This document shows positions 16,523 to 17,071 of a stretch of 17,071 nucleotides of DNA, piece by piece. Each line of letters begins with the position of its first letter. Positions within the stretch are counted from its first letter, which is position 1. The notes beneath the pieces were generated by a model that was not told the DNA's origin, ran no database searches, and saw nothing but the letters and a program-made list of their open reading frames with translations. A program made the translations under genes and the position numbers. This DNA is from Campylobacterota bacterium (GTDB lineage: Bacteria; Campylobacterota; Campylobacteria; Campylobacterales; Sulfurovaceae), in assembly GCA_034722955.1 (NCBI GenBank), contig JAYEOM010000043.1, positions 1 to 17,071 on the forward strand, in the 5' to 3' direction.

Positions 16523-17071
16523 ATTATGACCCGACATATAGGGGATTGAAACTATCTGATTGCCATAACTTCAGATATTTCTACCACTATTATGACCCGA
16601 CATATAGGGGATTGAAACCCACAGCATAACTGTATCGACATTATAGAGTACTAGATTATGACCCGACATATAGGGGATTGAAACTAAACCACGCACCAAC
16701 ACAAAACAGCACCTTTGTCCATTATGACCCGACATATAGGGGATTGAAACTTTGTAAAGGTTCTGTTTTCTAGAATCGCATTAAGATTATGACCCGACAT
16801 ATAGGGGATTGAAACTAATCTCCCTCTCCCTTTCGTTTATTTCATCAATCCATTATGACCCGACATATAGGGGATTGAAACTCCACCACAATAGGTGTCT
16901 TGAAGCCAAACTCTTTAAATTATGACCCGACATATAGGGGATTGAAACAGACTAGGCTGTTTAATCTGCTTTCTTATCTTCTCTCATTATGACCCGACAT
17001 ATAGGGGATTGAGACCCGATATTACCTCTATCGTCCTTAACTCGGTCTCCCATTATGACCCGACATATAAG
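16523..17071 (+). CRISPR. CRISPR array, repeat ATTATGACCCGACATATAGGGGATTGAAAC (30 nt), 8 full repeats plus 1 partial, 8 spacers of 35-37 nt, truncated by the window end
   Basis: Repeats start at 16523, 16589, 16655, 16721, 16786, 16852, 16919, 16986 (variant ending GAGAC) and 17052 (partial, ATAAG variant). The 3' ATTGAAAC handle gives plus orientation. Confidence 0.99.

Noticed and set aside
16636..16646. CGACATTATAG in spacer 2 and CATATAG in the leader resemble part of the repeat
   Set aside because: The matches are too short and the spacer length is regular. I also saw no spacer matching elsewhere in this window, so there is no evidence of self-targeting.
17011..17049. Outward-facing BsaI sites (GAGACC ... 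GGTCTC) around spacer 8, resembling an engineered cloning placeholder
   Set aside because: One site arises from a repeat variant and the other fits a natural-looking reading frame (GGA GAC CGA). No vector sequence is present, so this is most likely coincidence.

Overview
Chromosomal window from a low-GC bacterium. Gene content and order (speA-cysE-aspartate aminotransferase; mlaE-mlaF-mlaD-lipoprotein; gnTAnAAT-type promoters) point to Campylobacterota, probably Sulfurovum-like (inference). Positions 1-15.5 kb hold mostly housekeeping and envelope genes: a MipA/OmpV-like outer-membrane protein, a SPOUT/TrmH methyltransferase, fabI, a single-domain asparaginase, a membrane metallophosphoesterase, a secreted patatin-like phospholipase, an aspartate aminotransferase, cysE, speA, an Mla/MCE-type ABC operon, a radical SAM protein and tRNA-Asn(GTT). 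Directly after the tRNA are a Cys-motif cas6 and a CRISPR array (30-nt repeat ending ATTGAAAC, 8 spacers) that runs off the window end; no other cas genes are visible. The main unexplained observations are: (1) a 53-bp near-perfect copy of an internal piece of the trmH gene lying downstream of that gene between GC-rich inverted repeats; (2) a family of small intergenic elements starting TWA-G(G)GCTRCCCCAA at three sites; (3) spacers that look antisense to mRNA, one reading as a phage ParB-like motif, which suggests a type III system; (4) three apparently leaderless genes, including cas6. All protein calls come from motif recognition by eye; no database searches were run.
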